This document shows, piece by piece, positions 20,980 through 29,882 of a stretch of DNA of 64,000 nucleotides. The translations under genes and the position numbers were made by a program. Positions within the stretch are counted from its first letter, which is position 1. Each line of letters starts with the position of its first letter. Origin of the DNA: Polyangiales bacterium (GTDB taxonomy: Bacteria > Myxococcota_A > Polyangia > Polyangiales > Ga0077539); NCBI GenBank assembly GCA_044229975.1, contig JBGARZ010000022.1, positions 64,001 to 128,000 of the forward strand, written 5' to 3'. The notes below the pieces were generated by a model. That model worked only from the letters and a program-made list of their open reading frames with translations. It did no database searches and was not told the DNA's origin.

Positions 20980-22266
20980 ATGAAGCGCGGCAGCGCGTGG
21001 GTCGTCGCCTCGTTCGTGGTCGCAGCCGCCATCGCGCCGTCACGCGTCGCGGCGCAGGTCTCCACCGAGGCAACCCCGGCCGACCTCGAGCAGGCCCGTC
21101 AGCGCTTTCGCGAAGGCGTCGCGGCCGCCGAGTCCGGGCGCTGGGATGTCGCGCGCGACCTCTTCCGCGCCGTGCTGGCGGTGCGCTCGGCGCCGCTGGT
21201 GCACTTCAACTACGCGATCGCCTGCCGCAACACGGGCCAGGTCGTTCTCGCCATCGAGCACTTTCGCCGCTTCGTGCTCGACCCCTCGGTCGCCGCAGAC
21301 ACCGCGCGCATCGACGCCGCGCGCACGGAGATCGCCGAGCTCACCGGGCGCCTCGCGCACATCCGGGTCGTGGTGTCCGGCGACGTCGCGCAGGGCTTCC
21401 TCCTCGACACCCGTCGACAAGACGTCGCGCTGCTTGGTGAGGAGATCGCAGTCGATCCTGGGCCACACGTCGTCGCGGTCGAGGGGCGCGCGGGGGACAG
21501 CCAGACCCACGAGACCGATGCCCTCCGCGAGGGCTCGCACACCAGCGTCACCATCGCCCTCGCAGCGACGGCACCCGACCCCGTCACAGCACCCGTTCGC
21601 ACCACCGCGCCGCCGCGAACACAGTCCTTTGGTCACTGGGTGTCTCGCCCTGGCCCGGGTGGTCGCTGGGTCGAGTGGGCCGCGCAGGCCCCGGCGCAGC
21701 CGTCGGTCTGGGAGCGCAAGCCCTTCACGCTGGCGCTCGGCGTGGGCCTCGGATCGCCTGTCGGTGTCGCGTCGCTCTCGATGCGCTACTTCCCGCAGCC
21801 GTGGTTTGGCGTCGAGGTGGCGGGCGGCGGGCCGAGCTCCTACGGCGCGGGCTTCCTGCTGCACGCGCATGTGAGGATGCCCCTCGCGGCGACGTCGTAT
21901 GTGTACGCGCCGGGACTCTTCGTGGGCCCGGGGGTCAACCTCACCAGCCTCCAGCTCACCTGTGCGCCCGGTGAATGCGATGGCGTCCCGGCCGCGCGTG
22001 TCGAGCACGTCACCACCCTCTCGCTCGACCTCGGCACCAGCCACGAGTGGCGCCTCGGGTCGGCGTTTACGCTCCGCTTCACCGCGGGCCTGCGCTGGAT
22101 CGTCAACCGCGCCGACCTGCGCGCGGTGACCCTGGGCGTCCCGACGGCGTGTCAGTCGGGCGACGAGCTGGGGGTGGAGAACTCCCCGTGCGGGCACGTC
22201 AACGGCGACGCCTCGGGCCTCGGAGGATTCGTCGGGCTCGACATCGGCTACGGCATCGGGCCATAG
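20980..22266 (+). CDS. Exported TPR plus PEGA-like protein with C-terminal beta region
   Basis: Signal peptide, ARQRFREG...FNYAIAC TPR-like helices, VDPGPHVV PEGA-like motif. Confidence 0.7.
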   Translation: MKRGSAWVVASFVVAAAIAPSRVAAQVSTEATPADLEQARQRFREGVAAAESGRWDVARDLFRAVLAVRSAPLVHFNYAIACRNTGQVVLAIEHFRRFVLDPSVAADTARIDAARTEIAELTGRLAHIRVVVSGDVAQGFLLDTRRQDVALLGEEIAVDPGPHVVAVEGRAGDSQTHETDALREGSHTSVTIALAATAPDPVTAPVRTTAPPRTQSFGHWVSRPGPGGRWVEWAAQAPAQPSVWERKPFTLALGVGLGSPVGVASLSMRYFPQPWFGVEVAGGGPSSYGAGFLLHAHVRMPLAATSYVYAPGLFVGPGVNLTSLQLTCAPGECDGVPAARVEHVTTLSLDLGTSHEWRLGSAFTLRFTAGLRWIVNRADLRAVTLGVPTACQSGDELGVENSPCGHVNGDASGLGGFVGLDIGYGIGP

Positions 22267-22275
22267 GATTGCGCG

Positions 22276-24099
22276 GTGCGAAACCTGTCGGCGGCGGCGG
22301 CGTGCGTGGGGAGCGTGGTGATGGCGGCGGGGGCCCTGCTGGCGCAGGTTCCGAGGCCGACGCTGCCGGGCATCGAGACGATGGCGGTGGAAGACCTGCG
22401 CCCGGGCATGCGGGGCTACGGGCTCACCGTGTTTCGGGGCACGCGGCCCGAGCGCTTCGACGTCGAGGTGCTCGACACCATCCACAACTTCCGCCCGCAC
22501 ATGGACCTCGTGCTCATCCGCCCGACGCACCCGACGCTGGAGCGCGCGGGCACCGTCGGCGGCATGTCGGGCTCGCCCATCTTCATCGACGGCAAGCTCA
22601 TCGGCGCCTACGCGTACGGCTGGGAGTTCGGTCGTGATCCGGTGGCGGGCGTCACGCCCATCGCCTCCATGCTCGCCGAGCTCCGACGACCGCGGCGCAC
22701 GCCCGCGGGAATGATCCCGGGTAGCGGAACGCCCTTCGAGATCGTTCCGTCGAGCGCTCCGCACGCGCGATGGGACACGCTCTCTCGCGGCGCCCTCGCT
22801 GCCCGCACGCCCGTCGCCACGGCCTACGGATCGCTCATCCCGGCGATGACCCCGATGTCCGTTACGGGCATGGGAACGCGCGCCACCGAGCACCTCGCCG
22901 AAGCGCTCGCACCGTTCGGGGTGGTTCCGTTGCAGGGGGCCGGCGGCGGTGGGACGGCGCAGCCCGCGGCCGATGCGCCGACGCACTACGAAAACGGCGG
23001 CGCCATCGCCGTGCGGATGGTGCAGGGCGACATCTCGGGCAACGTCACGGGCACGGTGACGCTCGTGACGCCGCAGGGCGTGCTGGCCTTCGGGCACCCG
23101 ATGATGGGCCTCGGAGAGACGGCGTTTCCGTCGGCGGTGGCGCGGGTGATGTGGATCCTCGCGAGCGAGCGGCGGTCGTTCAAGATGGCCGAGCCGGTGC
23201 GGTCGCTGGGCGCGCTGGTGACCGATCGCGGGCCGACGGTCGTCGCCGACGAGCGCGCGACAGCGCCCACCGTGCCGATGCGCGTGACCATCCACGGGGC
23301 CGACGGCGCGCCGCACCCCGACTGGAACGTCACCCTCGCCGGGCAGCGTCCGATGACGGCAAGACTCGCGGCGAGCGTGCTGGAGTCGGCGCTCGAAGAC
23401 ACGGTCAACGACCTGGCCGAGTCGGCGTGGACGGTGCGGTCGCGGGTGTTCTTGCGTGGTCGTGCGCCGCTGGAATTTACCGACCATGGTGCCGGGGCGG
23501 AGGGCGTTCGGACGCCGCCGGTGCCGGGTGGTTTCGAGGTACTCACGCGGGTGGTCGACAACGCGTTCGGGATGGCCGTGGTGGAGCGCATCGAGGTCGA
23601 CCTGACGATGCGGTGGCAGCGCGATTTCGCGTACGTGCGCTCGGTGACCGCGGGCGCGACGGAGGTCGACCCGGGCAGCACCGTGGAGCTGCGGGTGCAA
23701 CTCGGTCGCTACGGCACCGGCCCCGAGATGCGAACCATCCGGCTGGAAGTTCCGCGCGAGCTGGCGGGGCGCGAGCTCGACGTGGAGGTGGCGGGCGGCA
23801 ACGAGGTGGTGCCCGACATGCCGGAGCCCGAGACGCTCGACGACCTCCTTCGCAACGTGAACACCAGCTTCCCAGACGATGCGTTGGTGGTGAGCGTTCG
23901 CATGCCGGGGCAGGGCGTGACACTGCACGGGCGGGTGATCCCCAACCTGCCGGGCTCGGCCTTCGACGCGCTGCGGCCGTCGACGGGGACGGAGGGCGGC
24001 GATCCCTTCCAGAACTACCGACGCACGGTGGTTCCGGTGGGGCGGGTGGTGCTGGGGCGTGATCGGTTGAGGCTGCGCGTGCGCGAGGTGAGGCTGTGA
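22276..24099 (+). CDS. SpoIVB-like peptidase S55 domain protein
   Basis: GM.GYGLTVFRG, GGMSGSPIFIDGKLIGA, AFGHPM. Confidence 0.88.
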   Translation: MRNLSAAAACVGSVVMAAGALLAQVPRPTLPGIETMAVEDLRPGMRGYGLTVFRGTRPERFDVEVLDTIHNFRPHMDLVLIRPTHPTLERAGTVGGMSGSPIFIDGKLIGAYAYGWEFGRDPVAGVTPIASMLAELRRPRRTPAGMIPGSGTPFEIVPSSAPHARWDTLSRGALAARTPVATAYGSLIPAMTPMSVTGMGTRATEHLAEALAPFGVVPLQGAGGGGTAQPAADAPTHYENGGAIAVRMVQGDISGNVTGTVTLVTPQGVLAFGHPMMGLGETAFPSAVARVMWILASERRSFKMAEPVRSLGALVTDRGPTVVADERATAPTVPMRVTIHGADGAPHPDWNVTLAGQRPMTARLAASVLESALEDTVNDLAESAWTVRSRVFLRGRAPLEFTDHGAGAEGVRTPPVPGGFEVLTRVVDNAFGMAVVERIEVDLTMRWQRDFAYVRSVTAGATEVDPGSTVELRVQLGRYGTGPEMRTIRLEVPRELAGRELDVEVAGGNEVVPDMPEPETLDDLLRNVNTSFPDDALVVSVRMPGQGVTLHGRVIPNLPGSAFDALRPSTGTEGGDPFQNYRRTVVPVGRVVLGRDRLRLRVREVRL

Positions 24100-26135
24100 C
24101 GAGGAGGGTGTGGCTGGCGTTCGCGGGGCTGGCGGCGGGCGTGGTGGTGGCGTTTGCTGGCGTGGGCGAGGGCGTGACCACGCGCTCGACGACGCTCGAC
24201 ACGACAGCCGAGCTCTCCGCGGGCGTGCTCGACCGCGTCGCGGTGACGAGCGAAGGCACCGTGGTGGTGGGTGAGGAGCTCTCGCGCATCGCACCGCCAG
24301 AGCCCGTCGGGAGCGTGTGGTCGCTGTTGGACATGGGCGACGGATCGGTGCTCGCGGGCACTGGCGTCGAAGGCCGCGTGTATCGCATCGCCAACGGCCG
24401 CGCGACGCGCTGGTCGGAGACCGGTGCGGTGGTGGTGACCTCGCTCGCGCGCGGCGAGGACGGCGCGATCTACGCGGGGACGCTCCCTGATGGCCGCGTG
24501 TATCGACTGGTGGCGCCGCAGGGTGAAACGTTGCAGCCGCCGGTGCTGGTCGCCGAGCTCGCGGGTGTTCAGCACGTGTGGTCGGTCGCGTGGGACGCGC
24601 GGCGCCATGTGCTGCTGTGCGCGACGGGACCCGATGGAAAGCTGTTCTCGGTCGACCCGCGGCGGCCTGCGGCGACGGCCGCGACGGTGCTCTTCGACAG
24701 CGACGAGGCGCACCTCTACGCGATGGCGCTGCGCGACGACGGCGAGGTGGTGCTCGGCGCAGGCGGCGGTCACGCCGTGGTGTACGGGCTGCCGTCGACG
24801 GGGCGGCCGCGGGTCATTGCGCGGCTCGCGGGCGACGAGGTGAAGGGCCTCGCGATCGCGGGCGATGAGGTGGTGGCGATCGCCAACGAGTTCAGCGAGC
24901 CGACGGAGGCGCCTCGTCGAACGGTGGCCCAGTCGCGCACGCCGACGACGGGCGGTCCGACGACGCCGCGGCCGCGGCCGGGGCGTGGGGCGGCGTATCG
25001 TATCGGCGCGTCGGGCCTCGCCGAGCGGGTGTACGCCAACAGCGAGTCGCACCTCACGGCGGTGCAGTGGGACGCGCGTCGGCGCGAGGTGTGGGTGGGC
25101 CTCGGGGTGGGCGGTCGCGTGCTGGCCATCGGCGGCGATCGCACGGTGCGGGTGGCGCACGACGTCGACGAGCAGGGCGTGACGGTGCTGGCGCTCGCGG
25201 GGCGCACGCGGATGTTCGCGACGACGGATTCGGGGGCGTTCTACACGGTGCTTGCGCGCGCGCCGACGGACGCGACATGGAACAGCCGGGTCATCGACGC
25301 CGGCTCGCCCGCGCGTTGGGGAGCGCTGCGCCACCGGGGTACCGGGACGCTCACGTGGGAGAGCCGCAGCGGCAACGTCGAGCTCCCCGACGCGACGTGG
25401 AGCGCGTGGGCGGCGCTCACCGACGGCACCTCCCTGGCCTCGCCGTCGTCGCGGTACCTCCAGGTGCGATCGCGCTTCGGGGCTGGCGCGACGCTGCGGG
25501 CGGTGACGGCGTTCTACCTGCCGGAGAACCAGCGTGCGGTGTTGACGGAGGTGACCGCGACGTCGGCGGAGACGAAGGTGGGCGAGTCGCGCTCGTCGGT
25601 GCTGCGGCTGGCGTGGAAGGTGGAGAACCCCGACAACGACGGGCTGCGCTACCGCTTGTTCTTCCGTGGTGATGGCGACGCGACGTGGCGCGGGCTGTTG
25701 CGCAACCAGGAGTGGCTGACGGGGACGAGCTACGACTGGTCGACGGAGGGTCTCGCCGAGGGCTGGTACCGCGTGGAGGTCGACGCGTCGGACGAGGCGG
25801 CCAACCCCGACGACGCGGTGACGCGCGACGTGCGGGCGAGCGAGCCGGTGCTGGTCGACAACACGGCGCCGACGGTGAGCGCGCGGGTGACGGGCGAGCG
25901 GGTCAGCGGCGAAGCCGAGGACGGCGCGAGCGTGGTGCTGCGCGTCGAGGCGAGCGTCGATGGCGGCGAGTGGCGCGCGCTGCGGGCGGATGACGGTGTG
26001 CTCGACGAGCGGCGTGAGGTGTTCGGGGGCTTGCTCCCGAGCGGCGGTGCGCGGGCGGGTGAGCACGTGCTGTCGGTGCGCGCGACGGACGAAGCGGGCA
26101 ACGTGGGGGTGGCGAGCGTGCGGTACCGGCGGTGA
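24096..26135 (+). CDS. Exported beta-propeller protein with C-terminal Ig/FN3-like domains
   Basis: Repeated AGT..GRVY blades, RSGN...WSAW, RYLQVR, VLVDNTAP; start overlaps the S55 gene stop. Confidence 0.75.
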   Translation: MTRRVWLAFAGLAAGVVVAFAGVGEGVTTRSTTLDTTAELSAGVLDRVAVTSEGTVVVGEELSRIAPPEPVGSVWSLLDMGDGSVLAGTGVEGRVYRIANGRATRWSETGAVVVTSLARGEDGAIYAGTLPDGRVYRLVAPQGETLQPPVLVAELAGVQHVWSVAWDARRHVLLCATGPDGKLFSVDPRRPAATAATVLFDSDEAHLYAMALRDDGEVVLGAGGGHAVVYGLPSTGRPRVIARLAGDEVKGLAIAGDEVVAIANEFSEPTEAPRRTVAQSRTPTTGGPTTPRPRPGRGAAYRIGASGLAERVYANSESHLTAVQWDARRREVWVGLGVGGRVLAIGGDRTVRVAHDVDEQGVTVLALAGRTRMFATTDSGAFYTVLARAPTDATWNSRVIDAGSPARWGALRHRGTGTLTWESRSGNVELPDATWSAWAALTDGTSLASPSSRYLQVRSRFGAGATLRAVTAFYLPENQRAVLTEVTATSAETKVGESRSSVLRLAWKVENPDNDGLRYRLFFRGDGDATWRGLLRNQEWLTGTSYDWSTEGLAEGWYRVEVDASDEAANPDDAVTRDVRASEPVLVDNTAPTVSARVTGERVSGEAEDGASVVLRVEASVDGGEWRALRADDGVLDERREVFGGLLPSGGARAGEHVLSVRATDEAGNVGVASVRYRR

Positions 26136-26168
26136 TGGTTGTGTGCAGTCTGCGCGTGCCCGGCTGCG

Positions 26169-26286
26169 GCGGGTTGAAACCCACGGCAGCCAAGGTGAAG
26201 CCCGCGAGGCGGGCTGCTCACAGGACCTGGACATCGGGCAGCCCGCTTTGCGGGCTTCACCTTGGCTGCCGTGGGTTTCAACCCGC
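26169..26286. repeat. REPIN-like inverted REP doublet
   Basis: 49-nt arms 26169-26217 and 26238-26286 are reverse complements with 2 mismatches; each arm has internal palindromes. Confidence 0.85.
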
Positions 26287-26303
26287 GGCAGCAGGCGGGC
26301 GCA

Positions 26304-27179
26304 GTGGAACGCACTGACTCACAAAGGCTCACCGGGCAGGTGGCGCTGGTAACGGGCGGCGGTCGCGGCATCGGTCGCGCGTCGGCGCTGGCGCTGGCGG
26401 CGGACGGTGCGCGCGTGGTCATCGCCGACACCGGGTGCTCACGCGAGGGCGAAGGGCTCGATGCGAGCGTGGCCGAGGCCGTCGCGCAGGAGGTGCGAGA
26501 CGCGGGCGGCGAGGCCGTGGCGACGAGCGTCGACGTGAGCACCGAGGCGGGTGCGCAGGCGGCGGTGGCGCGGGCCGTCGAGGCGTTTGGTGGGCTCGAC
26601 GTGCTGGTGGCGTGCGCCGGCGTGACGCGCGATCGCACCTTCCTCAAGGCGACGGCCGACGACCTCGACGCGGTGTGGGCCGTGGGTGCGCGCGGGATGT
26701 TCGTGGCCGCGCAGGCGGCGGCGCGGCGGATGATCGCGCAGAAGCGCGGCGGTCGCATCGTGACGGTGACGTCGACGGCGGGGCTCTACGGCGTGCTCGG
26801 TCAGGGCGCGGGCGCAGCGACGGCGGCGGCGGCCTACGGGCTCACGCGGGTGATGGCCATCGAGCTGAAGAAGCACGCGATCAGGGTCAACGCCATCGCC
26901 CCGGTGGCGCGCACACGGATGACCGAAGACCTTCCGATGTTCGCGAGCGGGGGACTGTCCGAGGCGACCTACGGGGCGGGCTTCGTGGCGCCGGCGGTGG
27001 TGTTTCTGGCGAGCACGGCGAGCGGCGAGATGAGCGGCGAGGTGCTGAGCGTCGCGGGCACCAAGGTGTCGCGCTACCGGGTGCAGGAGAGCGTCGGCGC
27101 GGTGGCGGACGACCCGCGAACGCCGTGGAGCGTGGACGAGCTCGCCGCGCGCTGGGCGGCGTTTTCGCGATGGGGGTGA
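26304..27179 (+). CDS. SDR family oxidoreductase
   Basis: VALVTGGGRGIG, GGLDVLV, IRVNAIAP; the catalytic YxxxK appears degenerate. Confidence 0.85.
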   Translation: MERTDSQRLTGQVALVTGGGRGIGRASALALAADGARVVIADTGCSREGEGLDASVAEAVAQEVRDAGGEAVATSVDVSTEAGAQAAVARAVEAFGGLDVLVACAGVTRDRTFLKATADDLDAVWAVGARGMFVAAQAAARRMIAQKRGGRIVTVTSTAGLYGVLGQGAGAATAAAAYGLTRVMAIELKKHAIRVNAIAPVARTRMTEDLPMFASGGLSEATYGAGFVAPAVVFLASTASGEMSGEVLSVAGTKVSRYRVQESVGAVADDPRTPWSVDELAARWAAFSRWG

Positions 27180-27219
27180 TCGGGAGGGTTGGAAGGGCAG
27201 GCGACGAGGCGGGTGGGGA

Positions 27220-27387
27220 CTACAGGTCGATGATGGTCACGCCGCGGTCGTCGTCGTCACGGCGCACGGGTGGGTTGTAGTTTGGGGTCACCACGGGGAT
27301 GGGCAGCTCAAGCTGGGGCTGCTCATAGCGATGCCGCTGGGAGTTCTCCCGGCGCCGGATCTCTTCGATGATGAACGGAGGCAGCAT
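27220..27387 (-). CDS. Small 55-aa protein absent from the ORF track
   Basis: MLPPFIIEEIRRRENSQRHRYEQPQLELPIP...DDDDRGVTIIDL*, with GGAGG 8 nt upstream of the ATG. Confidence 0.75.
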   Translation of the reverse strand: MLPPFIIEEIRRRENSQRHRYEQPQLELPIPVVTPNYNPPVRRDDDDRGVTIIDL

Positions 27388-27517
27388 CGCAGGAACCTCC
27401 CAGACGCGATGGGCAATCGCGTCAACTCGGAGACAGGCTACGGAACCTTCTACACTCTAGAGGTTCTCATCGGCGACTATAGCAATCAAGCTAGGGTGAT
27501 CAAGAGAGCGGTCGAAC

Positions 27518-28777
27518 GTGGGGTGTCCTGAAGTGGCTCATCGAATTCTGGTCGGGTGTCTGACCACTCTCGCCCTCAATCTCGTACCTGTCAGCGCGTC
27601 CGCCATCCCCGACTATGACCCCCAGTCGCGCATCTGGAGCGGCACCTCCGAGCTCGTCCGCATCGCCGCCGAGGCCGAGGTCGAGCTCCGGCCCACCACC
27701 ACCCTCGACTGGTCGCAGCTCCCCCGCGGCGGCGCCCTCCTCGTGCTCCACCCCCGCAACAGCCTCGGGCTCGCCGACGTCTCGGCCTTCCTCGATGACG
27801 GCGGCCGCGTCGCCTGGCTCGACGACTTCGGCGCCTCCGAGGAGTTCTGGCGGTGGTTCCAGTTTCATTCGGAGCCGGTGCACGACGGCATCCCTCGCTC
27901 GCCCGCGCTCCCCGAGCTGCTCATCGCCCGCCCCCGCATCGCCCACGGCCTCACCGAGAACGTCGACGCCCTCATCACCAACCTCCCGGTCGCCCTTTCG
28001 CACCCGCGCCTCCGCCCCGTCTTCGACTTCGCCGGGAGCGAGCAGGGGATGCTCCTGGTCGGGCAGATCCACGCGGGCAAGCTGGTCGTCGGCGGTGACC
28101 CGAGCATCCTCATCAACACGATGATGCGCTTCCCGGGCAACCGGCAGTTCGCGCACAACCTCCTCTCCTTCCTCGGCGGTCGGCCCGGCGGGCGGGTCAC
28201 CATGGTGTGGGGCGACGTTCGCGTCCGCGGTCAGTGGCAGGGCCGCACGCGCGCCCGCACCCGTCGTCGCGAGGCCGTCAACACCCTCAACACCGCCTTC
28301 CGATCGCTGTCCGACTCGCTCTCGCCCGCCGCGGTGCTCCGGCCGCTCGCGGCCCTCATCGCCCTCGCCGTCGCGTGCGTCGTCGGCGCCCTCACCTGGG
28401 GTCGCCGCCCGAGCGAGCGCTACGGCCCGCGCGGTCCGGTCGGCGCCACGGCGGGGGTCACCGAGCGCGTCGCCATCTTCTCCTCGGCGCACGTCAACCT
28501 CCTGCTGCCGGCGCTCGTCGCCCGAACGCTCCTCGAAGGCGCCCTCCTGCGAGCCGTCGGTCTGAAGCCGCCGACGGACGTGCGGGCCGTGCTCGACCGG
28601 CTCTCGACCCGGCTGTCACCGGCGCAGCGCGACGACGTGCGGGCCGTGCTCACCGAACTCGACGTCGTGGCCAGCAGCGCGGAGGACGGCGGGCGGGTCA
28701 AGGTGAGCCCCGCGGCCTTCGTCGCGCTCTGGCGGCGCATCGCGGGGGTGCTGCGGAGCGTCGATGGCGCCCCGTAG
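27518..28777 (+). CDS. DUF4350-like exported/membrane protein (start uncertain)
   Basis: Signal peptide, FLDDGGRV, GDPSILIN.M..PGNRQFA.NLL, TM segment; precedes MoxR. Confidence 0.72.
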   Translation: MGCPEVAHRILVGCLTTLALNLVPVSASAIPDYDPQSRIWSGTSELVRIAAEAEVELRPTTTLDWSQLPRGGALLVLHPRNSLGLADVSAFLDDGGRVAWLDDFGASEEFWRWFQFHSEPVHDGIPRSPALPELLIARPRIAHGLTENVDALITNLPVALSHPRLRPVFDFAGSEQGMLLVGQIHAGKLVVGGDPSILINTMMRFPGNRQFAHNLLSFLGGRPGGRVTMVWGDVRVRGQWQGRTRARTRRREAVNTLNTAFRSLSDSLSPAAVLRPLAALIALAVACVVGALTWGRRPSERYGPRGPVGATAGVTERVAIFSSAHVNLLLPALVARTLLEGALLRAVGLKPPTDVRAVLDRLSTRLSPAQRDDVRAVLTELDVVASSAEDGGRVKVSPAAFVALWRRIAGVLRSVDGAP

Positions 28778-28855
28778 CCGTCGCAAAAGCGTTCGCGGGT
28801 CGACGGCCGATGGTGCCATCCTCCGCCTCCTCCCGAGCAACCCCGAGAACCCTTC

Positions 28856-29875
28856 ATGAACGACGTCGTCCCCACCGGCCTCCGGCCCGAGGTGTTGTCC
28901 CAGGCGCAGGCGCTCACCCGCGCCGTGCTCGACGAGGTGGGCCGCGCCTACGTGGGCCACCCCGACATCCCCGAGCGCATCCTGGCCGCCCTCCTCGCGC
29001 GCGGTCACTGCCTCCTCGAAGGCGTCCCGGGCGTCGCCAAGACCACCCTCATCAAGGCCTTCGCGGCGGCGATGGGCGGGTCGTTCAAGCGTATCCAGTT
29101 CACGCCCGACCTGCTGCCGAGCGACATCACGGGGACGTACGTGCTCTCCCCCCGCGACGGCACCTTTTCGCTGCGCCGCGGGCCCATCTTCGCGCACGTC
29201 GTGCTCGGCGACGAGATCAACCGCGCGCCCGCCAAGACCCAGAGCGCGCTCCTCGAAGCCATGCAGGAGCGCCAGGTCACCATCGACGGAGAGACCCACC
29301 CGCTGGCCGAGCCCTTCTTCGTGCTCGCCACGCAGAACCCTCTCGAACAAGAGGGCACCTACCCCCTGCCCGAGGCCCAGGTCGACCGCTTTCTCCTCCG
29401 CGTCGTGGTGCCGTATCCGTCGACCGAGGACGAGATCCGTGTGCTGCGCGCCTACTCGGCCAAGGCCCCCGTCGTGCGCGGTGTGGTGTCCCTCGACAAC
29501 GTGCTCTGGCTCCAGTCCGTCGCCGACGCCGTACACGTCGACGAGGAGATCTACGCCTACGCCGTCGCCCTCGCGGGCTACACCCGAACGCACCCCAAGG
29601 TCGCCCTCGGCGCCTCGCCCCGCGCCTCGCTCGGCCTGGTCCTCGCCGCGCGCGCCGTCGCGCTGATGGAGGGTCGCGGGTTCGTTCTTCCCGATGACGT
29701 GAAGCGCGTGGCGCAGCCCGTGATGGCGCACCGCATCCTGCTCGGCGCCGAGGCCGAGTCCGAGGGCGCCTCGCCCGCGGCGCTGGTGGAGGAGGCGTTG
29801 GGGAGGGTTCCGTATCGGCGCCTCGATGCGCGCGACGCGGCCGCGACGCACGGCCGCGCAGTGGCCGGACGCTGA
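28856..29875 (+). CDS. MoxR family AAA+ ATPase
   Basis: [52 protein letters not shown]. Confidence 0.95.
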   Translation: MNDVVPTGLRPEVLSQAQALTRAVLDEVGRAYVGHPDIPERILAALLARGHCLLEGVPGVAKTTLIKAFAAAMGGSFKRIQFTPDLLPSDITGTYVLSPRDGTFSLRRGPIFAHVVLGDEINRAPAKTQSALLEAMQERQVTIDGETHPLAEPFFVLATQNPLEQEGTYPLPEAQVDRFLLRVVVPYPSTEDEIRVLRAYSAKAPVVRGVVSLDNVLWLQSVADAVHVDEEIYAYAVALAGYTRTHPKVALGASPRASLGLVLAARAVALMEGRGFVLPDDVKRVAQPVMAHRILLGAEAESEGASPAALVEEALGRVPYRRLDARDAAATHGRAVAGR

Positions 29876-29882
29876 CGGGTCG

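Noticed and set aside
21040..24294. Long antisense and alternate-frame ORFs (e.g. 1084 aa here, 12727-14853, and the 5' part of 794-3403)
   Set aside because: Arg/Pro/Ala-rich shadow ORFs expected at high GC; they overlap well-supported genes
26169..26286. Autonomous IS element
   Set aside because: No transposase between or beside the repeats
27331..27531. 66-aa plus-strand ORF from the track
   Set aside because: No RBS or recognisable features; it overlaps the better-supported minus-strand 55-aa ORF and its promoter region
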